From positions 139-64,138 of the forward strand of contig BJGC01000008.1 of assembly GCA_014190235.1 (NCBI GenBank): a stretch of 64,000 nt of DNA, read 5' to 3'. The stretch comes from Actinomycetes bacterium (GTDB lineage Bacteria; Actinomycetota; Acidimicrobiia; Acidimicrobiales; Ilumatobacteraceae). Shown here piece after piece: positions 51,564-60,982 of the stretch; the stretch's first letter is position 1; each line of letters opens with the position of its first letter. The position numbers and the translations under genes were made by a program. The notes below the pieces were generated by a model. That model saw only the letters and a program-made list of their open reading frames with translations, did no database searches and was not told the DNA's origin.

Positions 51564-52049
51564 ATGGTGAATACTTTTGGCGTGGTTCATCCAAATGTCG
51601 CTAACGAAGACACAGATGTTGTGGTGGTGTATACCGATGGTGCCTGTTCTGGCAATCCTGGACCTGGCGGATGGGCGTGGGCAGTGTCGCCAACTGGTGA
51701 CCCAATGGGTTCCGGAGGCGAAGCTCACACCACGAATCAGCGCATGGAGGTGAGCGCAGCGTATTTTGCCGTGCGGCATTTTGCATCGAATGATTGCATT
51801 ATTCGGATTGTCTCCGACAGCACATATGTTGTGAAATGCTTCAACGACAAATGGTGGGAGGGATGGATTCGGCGGGGCTGGAAGAACTCACAGCGTGAGC
51901 CAGTGGCGAATCAAGATATTTGGAAACCATTTATCGAACTCGTCACCACTCGGGGTCGCGTGGAATTCATCTGGGTCAAGGGACACAGCGGAGACCCCAT
52001 GAATGATCTCGTAGATCTGCTGGCTGTGGCCGCGATTGGGTCCGTTTAG
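51564..52049 (+). CDS. rnhA: ribonuclease HI
   Basis: Contains YTDGACSGNPGPGGWA, NQRME and WVKGHSG..NDLVD, the catalytic DEDD residues in context. The start is uncertain (ATG 51564 or GTG 51582). Confidence 0.85.
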   Translation: MVNTFGVVHPNVANEDTDVVVVYTDGACSGNPGPGGWAWAVSPTGDPMGSGGEAHTTNQRMEVSAAYFAVRHFASNDCIIRIVSDSTYVVKCFNDKWWEGWIRRGWKNSQREPVANQDIWKPFIELVTTRGRVEFIWVKGHSGDPMNDLVDLLAVAAIGSV

Positions 52050-52083
52050 ACAATTCATGCCCTGACTGCGTAGCCTATGAGGC

Positions 52084-52866
52084 ATGGATATTTCAGGAGT
52101 TAGCGCAATTGTCACAGGTGGAGCATCAGGAATTGGAGCGGCCACTGTTCGGGCGTTGGCGGCACTAGGAGCAAAGGTGGTGATTGCAGACCTTGATCGC
52201 CAAGCAGAGCAAGGAAACGCTTTGGCAAAAGAAACTGGTGGTGCTTTTTGTGCAGTTGATGTCACCAAGACACAAGATCTGATTAGTGCGGTTGAGATGG
52301 CCAAGTCAATGGGGCCACTGCGAGTCTTAGTGAACTCAGCAGGCATCGGCTGGGCACAGCGCACAGTCGGCAGAGATGGACAATACGAGTCTGCTGCCAA
52401 CATCGACGCATTTCGCAAAGTCATTGAGATCAACTTGATCGGAACATTTGACGCCATTCGTATTGCAGCAACTGCAATGAGTCAAACTGAGCCACTTGAG
52501 TTTGGTGAGCGCGGAGCAATAGTCAACATTGCATCTGTTGCTGCGTTTGATGGACAGATCGGTCAGAGTGCGTATTCGGCATCAAAAGGTGGCGTCGTCG
52601 GAATGACATTGCCAGTTGCTCGAGATCTGTCAGCGGTTGGCATTCGTGTCAATACAGTTGCTCCCGGATTGATTGATACACCGATCTATGGCGAAGGTGA
52701 AGGAAGCGAAGCATTCAAGGCAAACTTGCAAAAGGGTGTGTTGTTTCCACAGCGACTCGGAGATCCGTCACAGTTGGCGTCGATGGTTGTTGAGTGCATC
52801 ACCAACAGTTACATGAACGCTGAAACAATCAGAGTAGATGGTGGCATTCGTATGCCGCCAAAATGA
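52084..52866 (+). CDS. SDR-family oxidoreductase (3-hydroxyacyl-CoA dehydrogenase type II-like)
   Basis: 260 aa. TGGASGIGAAT and YSASKGG motifs. Confidence 0.85.
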   Translation: MDISGVSAIVTGGASGIGAATVRALAALGAKVVIADLDRQAEQGNALAKETGGAFCAVDVTKTQDLISAVEMAKSMGPLRVLVNSAGIGWAQRTVGRDGQYESAANIDAFRKVIEINLIGTFDAIRIAATAMSQTEPLEFGERGAIVNIASVAAFDGQIGQSAYSASKGGVVGMTLPVARDLSAVGIRVNTVAPGLIDTPIYGEGEGSEAFKANLQKGVLFPQRLGDPSQLASMVVECITNSYMNAETIRVDGGIRMPPK

Positions 52867-52896
52867 GTGCTCGCTAGATAGTTTCTCCAACGTGCC

Positions 52897-53709
52897 GTGA
52901 CCATTCCTGATCACTTATTGCCAGATGAAAACGATGCTCGCCTGCGTGTTGGTGCGCGACCTTTGCCGATCAATCAGTGGGTGTCAGAAGTTGACGAGCA
53001 GTGGCAACACAACATTGATCTAAAAAAACATCTGTTAACCAGTCGACATGCCGATGTAGTGGGTTACGTTGCCGGAAACGATGAAGCCTGTGAAGAAACA
53101 GCTCAGGGTATTGCAGAGTCACTTGGTCTTGCCCAAGACCAAACAAAACGCGGAATCAATGCCTTGGAGGATGTGGTTGCACGCGTGGCAGACGATGTGT
53201 GCATCTTGACAATTAATCCTGATGCCGAGTTGGTGTTGTCTGCTGGCGTATTGTGTGCGCCGAACCGCTGGCAACTTGCTCAGAAGTTGGGCCGACCAAT
53301 GCAGGCTGTTCATGCGCCAGTTGCTCGCTACGACACTGATTTGGCGAGACCAGTTGATGCGTTTTTGACTCGGTTAGCAGTTGATCGCCCAATGTGGCGC
53401 ACGAATTGGGGAATCGTCAACGACGCAACTTTTTTTCAACCCCTGATTCCGCCACCAACACCCGAGATGAGTCCAGGTGATCTGTTCTTACGTGTGGAGT
53501 TTCAGACGCTTCGCCGCTTGCCAACATCTGGTGCGGTGGTATTTACAATTCGCACGTTTCAGGAACAGCTCAGCAATCTTGTGGCACGCGTACCACGCAT
53601 GGCAGAAGTGCTTGCACAGTTGATTGATTCACTGCCCGACAATGTGGCGCAGTATAAAAGTATTGCTCCGTATCGTGAGTCACTGATTACGTGGTGTAGT
53701 CAGCATTAA
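52897..53709 (+). CDS. DUF3445-family protein (heme-dependent oxidative N-demethylase alpha-like)
   Basis: 270 aa. The patterns CAPNRW, RTNWGI and EFQTLRRLPTSGAVVFTIRT match my recollection of DUF3445. Confidence 0.55.
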   Translation: MTIPDHLLPDENDARLRVGARPLPINQWVSEVDEQWQHNIDLKKHLLTSRHADVVGYVAGNDEACEETAQGIAESLGLAQDQTKRGINALEDVVARVADDVCILTINPDAELVLSAGVLCAPNRWQLAQKLGRPMQAVHAPVARYDTDLARPVDAFLTRLAVDRPMWRTNWGIVNDATFFQPLIPPPTPEMSPGDLFLRVEFQTLRRLPTSGAVVFTIRTFQEQLSNLVARVPRMAEVLAQLIDSLPDNVAQYKSIAPYRESLITWCSQH

Positions 53710-54916
53710 TTCGCACGTAGCCCGCGGTGAGATCGCAGCCCCAAACCGTTGCTTCACCTTGAGAGATATTGAGGCTGACATGAATGCGCACGGTGTCGCC
53801 TCTCATGTATGCAGAGAGTTGTTCAAGGCCCACTTCAGTGACGGCGGTGGGATAGACCTCTTGATCTGCGAATCTGATCACGACGGTCTCTTGATTGATA
53901 TCGGTGTCGTCACTGCACTTGCCGATAGCCATGGCAACGCGACCCCAATTAGGGTCTGCTCCGTGTACGGCAGTCTTGACAAGCGGCGAGTTGACGATTG
54001 ACTTTGCTACACGTTTGGCCTGGTCGTGGTCGCGAGCGCCGTCAACGATAACTTCAATGAGTTTTTCTGCACCTTCTCCGTCGCGAGCAACTTGTTGCGT
54101 GAGGGAGAGCAGTACGTCGTGGAGCGCAGTACCAAAGGCTGAGTGGCTGACTCCTGCTACCACGCCGCTTGACAAGATAATGGCTGTGTCACTTGTTGAT
54201 GTATCGGTGTCAATCGACAAACAATTGAGAGTGCGATCGATGGCACCGCGAAGCATAAGGTCGAGTGCTGGTGGGTCTATTGCTGCATCAGTAAAAACCA
54301 GTGCAATCAAAGTCGCCATATTCGGCTCGATCATTCCGACGCCTTTTGCGACTCCCACCACGCGTGCAGCAGAACCAGCAATTGTGGCACTTGCAATTTT
54401 TGCAACAGTGTCGGTTGTCATGATTGCGCGTGCAATATCGTCAGCACTTGTGGTGTTGTGTCCTTGCATCGCAGCGATTCCGGTGCGGATATGATTCATG
54501 GGCAATGTTCGACCAATGACGCCCGTTGATGCAATCAGAACATTGTCATCTGCGAGACCAAGTTGTTTTGCCACGAGATGGCTTATTTCGGTTGAGTCAT
54601 TGAGTCCTTGTTGACCAGTGGCGACGTTGGCGTTTTTAGAAATCACGACAACAGCGTGGGCGGATGAGCGTCGTTGGCGAGATACCAGCACGCTTGGTCC
54701 GGCAAAGCGGCTTTGTGTAAAAACTGCCGCAGAAGTGGGTTCACCTCGGGCAAGAACTACCGTGAAATCATCCGAGTCGTCCTTGACGCCAACATTGGCA
54801 ACGTAGGCGGTGAATCCCTCTGGCAGTGGTGTAGTCACGCATTGTTGTTTAGCACCCACGGGCAGTGTCTGACGGTTTACGCTGTGAAGATGCGCACAGT
54901 CATCAAGAATGGCCAT
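53687..54916 (-). CDS. argJ: ArgJ-family bifunctional glutamate N-acetyltransferase / amino-acid acetyltransferase homologue
   Basis: 409 aa. TTDT and the self-cleavage / nucleophile region GMIEPNMATLIALVFTDA. The start is uncertain (ATG 54916 or in-frame GTG 54859). Confidence 0.8.
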   Translation of the reverse strand: MAILDDCAHLHSVNRQTLPVGAKQQCVTTPLPEGFTAYVANVGVKDDSDDFTVVLARGEPTSAAVFTQSRFAGPSVLVSRQRRSSAHAVVVISKNANVATGQQGLNDSTEISHLVAKQLGLADDNVLIASTGVIGRTLPMNHIRTGIAAMQGHNTTSADDIARAIMTTDTVAKIASATIAGSAARVVGVAKGVGMIEPNMATLIALVFTDAAIDPPALDLMLRGAIDRTLNCLSIDTDTSTSDTAIILSSGVVAGVSHSAFGTALHDVLLSLTQQVARDGEGAEKLIEVIVDGARDHDQAKRVAKSIVNSPLVKTAVHGADPNWGRVAMAIGKCSDDTDINQETVVIRFADQEVYPTAVTEVGLEQLSAYMRGDTVRIHVSLNISQGEATVWGCDLTAGYVRINADYTT

Positions 54917-56302
54917 GTCATCAACGCGTGGCAGCGCTCTGAGGCCGATGTGGTGGTGAGCGATGGTCGTATTGAGGCTGTCATTGAGCGCAATGGCGGA
55001 TCGGGCGTTTTTGTGGGCAGTTCAGATGTCGTCATTGATGCCACAGATTGCCTTGTGATTCCGGGCGGGGTAGACGCCCATGTTCATATGCAACTTGATA
55101 CGGGCAAGACTGTTTCATCTGACACGTTTTTCACGGGCTCGGTGGCGGCAGCCTGTGGCGGAACCACCACGATCTTGGACTTTGCCGAGCAGCGCGCAGG
55201 TGGCAATGTTCTGGCCAGTTTTGAGAGCCGCTATGCCGAGGCAGAATCGCAATGTGTTGTGGATTGGGGACTTCATCAGGTTCTCGGTGGAGTCGATGCT
55301 CAGTCACTTGTTGACGCGCGCTCATTGATTGAGCGCGAAGGCGTGTCGTCAATCAAGTTGTTCATGGCGTATCCCGGTCGTTTGTATAGCGATGACGGAC
55401 AGATGCTGCGGGCATTACAGATGTGTTCAGAGACTGGGATGATGGCCATGGTGCATGCCGAAAATGGTCTGGCCATTGACGTATTGATCGAACAGGCCAT
55501 TGCTGCCGGAAACACCGCTCCCGCATTTCATGCTCTCACTCGTCCAGCGATACTTGAAGCAGAGGCAGTGCATCGTGCCGCTGTGCTGTCGCGCGTTGCT
55601 GGTGGAGCACCGCTCTACATTGTGCATGTCTCGAGCTCTGATGCGTTAGCCGAAGTTCGAGCGGCTCGTCGTAACGGAACCAACATTTTTGCAGAGACCT
55701 GCCCGCAGTATTTGCATCTGTCTCTAGAAAAAACATTAGGCAAAGGTTGGCCAGAAGGAGCGGGCTACATCTGTTCAACTCCGTTGCGGCCCGAACACGA
55801 AACGCACCACACTGATCTCTGGAGCGGACTTCGAGAAGACGAACTAGCGGTGGTCAGCACCGATCATTGTCCGTTTTGTTTGCGCGAACAAAAACTCATG
55901 AACGGTGAGTCTTTTGACCGAGTACCTAATGGCATTGGTGGAGTAGAACATCGATTGGATCTCATCTATCAGGGAGTAGTGAGTGGCGAGATCAGTCTTG
56001 AGCGTTGGGTTGAAGTGTGCGCAACTGCACCATCACGATTATTTGGCCTCGACACAAAGGGAGTAATTGGCGTGGGGTTCGATGCCGACATCGTGGTGTA
56101 TGACCCGACAGCAAGCACAACGATCAGTGCAGCAACGCATCATATGAATCTGGATTATTCTGCGTATGAAGGATTTGTCCTGCAGGGTGGCGTACGCACT
56201 GTCATGTCGCGCGGTGACGTGATCGTTGATCGAGGAGTTGTGAGCGCTAGCGCTGGGCGTGGTAACTACTTGCGAAGGCGAGTGCCTGCGCTGTTACGTT
56301 AA
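54890..56302 (+). CDS. dihydropyrimidinase / D-hydantoinase (cyclic amidohydrolase)
   Basis: Trimmed to the ATG at 54890 (MRTVIKNGHVIN...). Metal HxH motif GGVDAHVHM, carbamylated-Lys region SIKLFMAYP, then VHAENG and STDHCPF. Confidence 0.88.
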   Translation: MRTVIKNGHVINAWQRSEADVVVSDGRIEAVIERNGGSGVFVGSSDVVIDATDCLVIPGGVDAHVHMQLDTGKTVSSDTFFTGSVAAACGGTTTILDFAEQRAGGNVLASFESRYAEAESQCVVDWGLHQVLGGVDAQSLVDARSLIEREGVSSIKLFMAYPGRLYSDDGQMLRALQMCSETGMMAMVHAENGLAIDVLIEQAIAAGNTAPAFHALTRPAILEAEAVHRAAVLSRVAGGAPLYIVHVSSSDALAEVRAARRNGTNIFAETCPQYLHLSLEKTLGKGWPEGAGYICSTPLRPEHETHHTDLWSGLREDELAVVSTDHCPFCLREQKLMNGESFDRVPNGIGGVEHRLDLIYQGVVSGEISLERWVEVCATAPSRLFGLDTKGVIGVGFDADIVVYDPTASTTISAATHHMNLDYSAYEGFVLQGGVRTVMSRGDVIVDRGVVSASAGRGNYLRRRVPALLR

Positions 56303-56308
56303 CGCAAC

Positions 56309-56752
56309 CTACTCGAACTTTTGGACAAGTTTTTCGAGAGTCTTCTCGATGTTCTTGCCATTTTTTTGTGGAGACCGCATGATACGGAGCACTAGTGGAG
56401 ATCGAGAATTATTCCAGTCAAACTGCTCGGTGACTTCAGTTGCTCCGTCAGCAGGGGTGAGTATGTAGCGCCAAATATGACCGCCCATGTGACGCCATGC
56501 AATTTGTTTTCCTTCGACAAACTCCACAACAGTGTTGGTTATTTTGTATGAAACTCCCATGTGCATGCTCATCCCAAAGGTTGCATCAAGGGCGAGCCGT
56601 TCTGGTCCGCCAGATTGGGCAGACTTGATGGTGTCACTGCCGTCAATCTCGCCATGACGTCGGGGGTCGGCAAGAAGATCAAAGATTGCTCCAGGTGGTG
56701 ATGCAACGACGCGACTACGTGAAACTATTTTTGCTGGATTAGGTGAACTCAT
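56309..56752 (-). CDS. SRPBCC (polyketide cyclase/dehydrase-like) family protein
   Basis: The ATG at 56752 overlaps the upstream stop (ATGA). 147 aa with an SRPBCC-like pattern (IFDLLADPRRHGEIDGS). Confidence 0.65.
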   Translation of the reverse strand: MSSPNPAKIVSRSRVVASPPGAIFDLLADPRRHGEIDGSDTIKSAQSGGPERLALDATFGMSMHMGVSYKITNTVVEFVEGKQIAWRHMGGHIWRYILTPADGATEVTEQFDWNNSRSPLVLRIMRSPQKNGKNIEKTLEKLVQKFE

Positions 56753-58008
56753 GTCCACAGTTTGGCAGACTCCGCAACAGCCTGAGCACATCTGCGGCCC
56801 GAAAACATTGCTCCTTCAATCGAGCCAGTGTCGCGATGATCGCCGCAGACAAACAGTCCATCGCCAAGGGAGACTGATTTTTTGTGATGGAACGGTGGAT
56901 CTTGTCCTGGCTGACCATGGGGAATGCGATATGTCCGCAGGTGTTTCCATGAATCAACTTGAGATCCCCACCAACTACGTAATTGCACGCGTGCAAGATG
57001 CTCAAGATCACCGTCGCAAACGCCAGGCATTGCCGCTGCGATTAAGTGTTGGCCGTACGGCGCGTAGCTACGCGCAGTGTTTGACATCACGGCGAGATTG
57101 AGCACGGGTCCTTGACCGCCGCCATCAAGAACAATGTAAGAGCCATCCACGGGAGCGGATTTTGCTGCAAAGTACACACAGCCTGCTGATCGAGATGCAA
57201 CTGCTGGCAGGCCCAAGAGGCGCGATGCAACGGGACCTTGCGTTGCCACGATGATGGCACGAGATGAAATGCGGTGACCGCCTGACACGGTGACTTCGTG
57301 GGGCGATATAGATGTGATTGTTGTATTGAGATGAATTGGTGTGCGCAAAATACGCGAAGCAAGCTGATCAGAGATCGCACCCATGCCCGCTGCCGGAACA
57401 CCGACGTCACCATTAGCAAGAGTACGAAATATAATGTCAAACATTCGTCGTGATGTTCCGAGTGATGGATCAAGTTGGATACCGCCAACTAGTGGCCGAA
57501 AGAAACGCTCAATGATTTGAGAAGAAAATCCCTGAGCACGAAGTGCCGATGCTGTGGGTAGATCGTCTCCACGCAATAAAGAACGGGGTTCGGCGCGCAG
57601 CAATCGACTGCGCAATAGTGCGACCCGAGCCTTGTCACCGACTGTTCCAATTGGAGCGAGTGCCGTCGACATCACTGTTTTTGGTCGGCGAATAGGGTCA
57701 CCAACGACCGTGCCTTTGCCGTCTCTCCAAACGATTGCGCCGGGTTCAAACAGTTGCAAGTCAAGTGCACCAAGATTGAGGTGACGAGGTAATTCTGGGT
57801 ACGCAGTGAGCAAGACTTGAAATCCGCGATCCAGCAGGAAACCATCGACATGATCTGTTCGCACGCGACCACCAACTCCATCACTTTCTTCAAGCACAAT
57901 GGTGTTGAGATTGTGTTGCTCAAGAACTTTTGCAGCAACTAATCCTGCTAAACCAGCGCCAACGATGACAACATCGGCGGAGTCTGGCAAAGCCGCAGTA
58001 TTGCTCAT
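56749..58008 (-). CDS. NAD(P)/FAD-dependent oxidoreductase (amine oxidase / phytoene desaturase-like)
   Basis: 419 aa. N-terminal dinucleotide motif VVIVGAGLAGLVAAKVLE..LEESDGVGGR. Confidence 0.8.
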   Translation of the reverse strand: MSNTAALPDSADVVIVGAGLAGLVAAKVLEQHNLNTIVLEESDGVGGRVRTDHVDGFLLDRGFQVLLTAYPELPRHLNLGALDLQLFEPGAIVWRDGKGTVVGDPIRRPKTVMSTALAPIGTVGDKARVALLRSRLLRAEPRSLLRGDDLPTASALRAQGFSSQIIERFFRPLVGGIQLDPSLGTSRRMFDIIFRTLANGDVGVPAAGMGAISDQLASRILRTPIHLNTTITSISPHEVTVSGGHRISSRAIIVATQGPVASRLLGLPAVASRSAGCVYFAAKSAPVDGSYIVLDGGGQGPVLNLAVMSNTARSYAPYGQHLIAAAMPGVCDGDLEHLARVQLRSWWGSQVDSWKHLRTYRIPHGQPGQDPPFHHKKSVSLGDGLFVCGDHRDTGSIEGAMFSGRRCAQAVAESAKLWT

Positions 58009-58901
58009 TTGTTCAGAAGTGCGCGCAGAGCAACCTCGAGTGTTGGATGCTCAAATGCGTATCCGTCTGCTTGCAATACCTGTGGCAGTACTCGTTGCCC
58101 CGTAAACAGTAGAGCGTTTGCCAACTCCGTTCCAAGCAAGAGTTTTGGACCAAATGTCGGAATTGGTAACACCGCAGGACGACCAAGAACCGAACCGAGA
58201 ACGTTTGTAAATACAGAGTTGGTGACGGGTTCTGGTGCAGTGAGATTGACCGGACCACTGACGCTTGAGTTCAAGAGATGAATGATCGCACCAACTTCGT
58301 CTGTGATTGAAATCCAGCTTTGCCATTGGCGACCATTGCCAAATTTTCCGCCAAGACCTAATTTAAATAATGGCAGTTGTTTTTTTAGAGCACCGCCGTC
58401 TGGTGACAAGACAATTCCTGTTCGCAACAATACGGTGCGGATTTTGGCTTGCACTGCGGGGGTGGTTGATTCTTCCCATGCCGTGCAGACATCAGCCAAA
58501 AAGCCGCGGGCAGTTGTGCTTGACTCAGTCAGTTCTTCGTCGTTGCGTGGACCATAGATTCCGATTGCAGAAGATGACAAAAATACCGATGGGGGAGTAT
58601 CCATTGCGCCAAGAGTTTTTGCTAAGAGCGATGTTCCAAGAGTTCGGCTTTGCAGGATTTCTTTTTTGTATTCATCGGTCCAACGCTTATCGCCGATTCC
58701 GGCTCCAGCAAGATGAACGACCGCATTGATTCCCTGCAGTGCAGCGGCATCAATGGTCCCGGCATGTGGATTCCATAAAACGGTGTTTGCCTGCGTCGTT
58801 GCAACTCGCACCGCACGAATCACAGTGTGTCCATCTTTGTTGAGGCGTTCGCACAATGCGGAGCCGATTAGTCCAGACGAGCCAGTGACAAGAACTTTCA
58901 T
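58005..58901 (-). CDS. TIGR01777/YfcH-type epimerase-family protein (SDR39U1-like, C-terminal DUF1731)
   Basis: 298 aa. N-terminal MKVLVTGSSGLIGSAL. The C-terminal region resembles DUF1731. Confidence 0.75.
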   Translation of the reverse strand: MKVLVTGSSGLIGSALCERLNKDGHTVIRAVRVATTQANTVLWNPHAGTIDAAALQGINAVVHLAGAGIGDKRWTDEYKKEILQSRTLGTSLLAKTLGAMDTPPSVFLSSSAIGIYGPRNDEELTESSTTARGFLADVCTAWEESTTPAVQAKIRTVLLRTGIVLSPDGGALKKQLPLFKLGLGGKFGNGRQWQSWISITDEVGAIIHLLNSSVSGPVNLTAPEPVTNSVFTNVLGSVLGRPAVLPIPTFGPKLLLGTELANALLFTGQRVLPQVLQADGYAFEHPTLEVALRALLNK

Positions 58902-58965
58902 AGAACACAGGTTACGAGGGTTGAGAAGTAGTGGCTAATCATGCCCCCATGAATACCAAAACTAG

Positions 58966-60951
58966 CTAGATTTCTACTCGCGTTCCTACTTCGAAGACTC
59001 GGTCAATTGGCAAGTTGAAGAATCGAGCGGCGCTATCAGCACCACGATTGAGGAAGACAAAGAGATGTTCTTGCAGTGGGCTCATGCCAGGGACTTTTCC
59101 GGCAATGATCGACTCGTGGCCGAGAAAATAGGTGACGTCATCTGGGGTGAAATCAAGGCCAAAGTGCTCGATTGATGTTAGGGCTTGTGAGACATCAGGT
59201 TCTTCCATGAAACCAAAATTGAGTTGCACTTGAAATACGCCAGGAGCAACCTTAGTAATGGCTGCTCGGTCGGCAGCGTTTATGCGCGGGCTATCACTAG
59301 TGATAACAGAAACAATGAGAGTGGTGTTGTGGAGCACTTTATTGTGTCGCAAGTTATTTACAAGTGCTGGTGGGGTGCCAGCAGGATCTTTAAACATGAA
59401 GACAGCAGTTCCGGTAACACGTTTGATGCCATCAGTTTCGTCAAGGAAATCAACGAGTTTTCGTTCTCCGCGATGAATACGAAGTGCAACCAGCGCACGC
59501 CCACGACGCCACGTTTGCATCTGTACAGTCAGGATGATGCCAATTGCAAGTGCAAACCACCCACCGTGTGGAATCTTGACGACATTTGCTCCAAGGAATC
59601 CGATTTCTACAACCAACAATGGGATGCACAGCAGAAGTGCTTTGTACTTATGCCATTTCCAGCGATGAACAAGAACTCGAAAAAAAATCAGAGTGGTAAT
59701 TGCCATCGTCATTGTGACTGCAATTCCGTATGCTGCTGCCAAATTAGATGACGATCTGAACCCGAGCACTAAGCCAATGCACGCGACCATAAGGGCCCAG
59801 TTGACGAGCGGAACATAGATCTGCCCAGAGTGATCTTGTGACGTGTGACGAATCTGGATGCGAGGCAAATAGTCAAGCTGAACTGCCTGCGCTGTGAGTG
59901 AGAAAACACCAGAAATGAGAGCCTGCGACGCGATGACGGTGGCACATGTTGCGAGCACAACAAGTGGCAACAACAAAGGCTCTGGAGCCATCCGAAAAAA
60001 AACGCTTTCAATTGCTTCTGGATGCGCAAGAAGAAATGCCCCTTGTCCCCAATAATTAAGGACAAGAGCGGGCAGTACAACCGCATACCATCCCATCGTG
60101 ATTGGTCGACGGCCGAAGTGCCCCATGTCGGCATACAACGCTTCACCACCCGTGACAACTAAAAAGATAGATCCAAGCGATAAGAAAGCCTTGCCTGATT
60201 CATGTGTGAAGTAGCGAATTGCATAAATCGGATTTACCGAAGCGATGATTCCGGGATCTGGAATAATTTTTGAAAGACCAAGAAGTGCGAGCGTGCCGAA
60301 CCATAAAACCATGACTGGTCCAAAAACTCTTCCAACGGCCTTTGTCCCACGACTCTGCACAAGAAAGAGTCCGAACAAAATAGCAATCGCAATCGGGATA
60401 ACCCATGAGTCGAACGACGCTGACACCTCCCCGAGCCCTTCAACGGCACTCAGAACTGAAATTGCCGGAGTAATAATTCCGTCACCGTAAAGAAGCGCAG
60501 TTCCAAAGACACCGAGTGCCACAAGGACGCTTGCTTTTTTTGCGGCGGAAACATTTTGAGGCATCACTAGCGCCGTCAGCGCCAGGATTCCGCCTTCACC
60601 GTGATTATCAGCGCGCATGACGAACAGTAGATATTTAATTGAAATAATAATGACGAGCGCCCAGAACGCGAGCGAACAGACGCCAAAGACGTTGATTCGG
60701 TCAACCGTCATCACATGGGATCTTTCGGTGAATGCTTCTTTGAGTGAGTACAGAGGACTTGTTCCGATGTCACCAAACACCACGCCGATCGCTCCTAAGG
60801 CGAGTGCGCCAGTTTTTCCGGAGGAATGATCTCCGTGCGTATTGGCATTTGCGAGGTTTTGGGCGCGCGCGGCTTTTTTGGCAGTTGCCTCGGCAATGAC
60901 TTTTTTCGCAAAGTCGACTGACTCTGGTCCTGCTGTGTTATCTGAGCCCAC
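58966..60951 (-). CDS. kup: KUP/HAK/KT-family potassium transporter
   Basis: 661 aa. Contains GVVFGDIGTSPLY, YGDGIITPAISVLSA and a cytoplasmic C-terminal domain. Confidence 0.92.
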   Translation of the reverse strand: MGSDNTAGPESVDFAKKVIAEATAKKAARAQNLANANTHGDHSSGKTGALALGAIGVVFGDIGTSPLYSLKEAFTERSHVMTVDRINVFGVCSLAFWALVIIISIKYLLFVMRADNHGEGGILALTALVMPQNVSAAKKASVLVALGVFGTALLYGDGIITPAISVLSAVEGLGEVSASFDSWVIPIAIAILFGLFLVQSRGTKAVGRVFGPVMVLWFGTLALLGLSKIIPDPGIIASVNPIYAIRYFTHESGKAFLSLGSIFLVVTGGEALYADMGHFGRRPITMGWYAVVLPALVLNYWGQGAFLLAHPEAIESVFFRMAPEPLLLPLVVLATCATVIASQALISGVFSLTAQAVQLDYLPRIQIRHTSQDHSGQIYVPLVNWALMVACIGLVLGFRSSSNLAAAYGIAVTMTMAITTLIFFRVLVHRWKWHKYKALLLCIPLLVVEIGFLGANVVKIPHGGWFALAIGIILTVQMQTWRRGRALVALRIHRGERKLVDFLDETDGIKRVTGTAVFMFKDPAGTPPALVNNLRHNKVLHNTTLIVSVITSDSPRINAADRAAITKVAPGVFQVQLNFGFMEEPDVSQALTSIEHFGLDFTPDDVTYFLGHESIIAGKVPGMSPLQEHLFVFLNRGADSAARFFNLPIDRVFEVGTRVEI

Positions 60952-60982
60952 GACTAAAAGATTGTACTTCTATGAGAGGGCA

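Noticed and set aside
51474-51779. An N-terminal extension of about 100 codons on the aceE track ORF (998 aa). Similar over-long 5' extensions occur on glpX (to 62161), leuB (from 34133), the MFS genes, the hydantoinase (from 54674) and the methyltransferase (to 5251).
   Set aside because: The extensions overlap neighbouring or divergent genes and have no homology-like sequence. Internal start codons give N-termini that match the known family starts.
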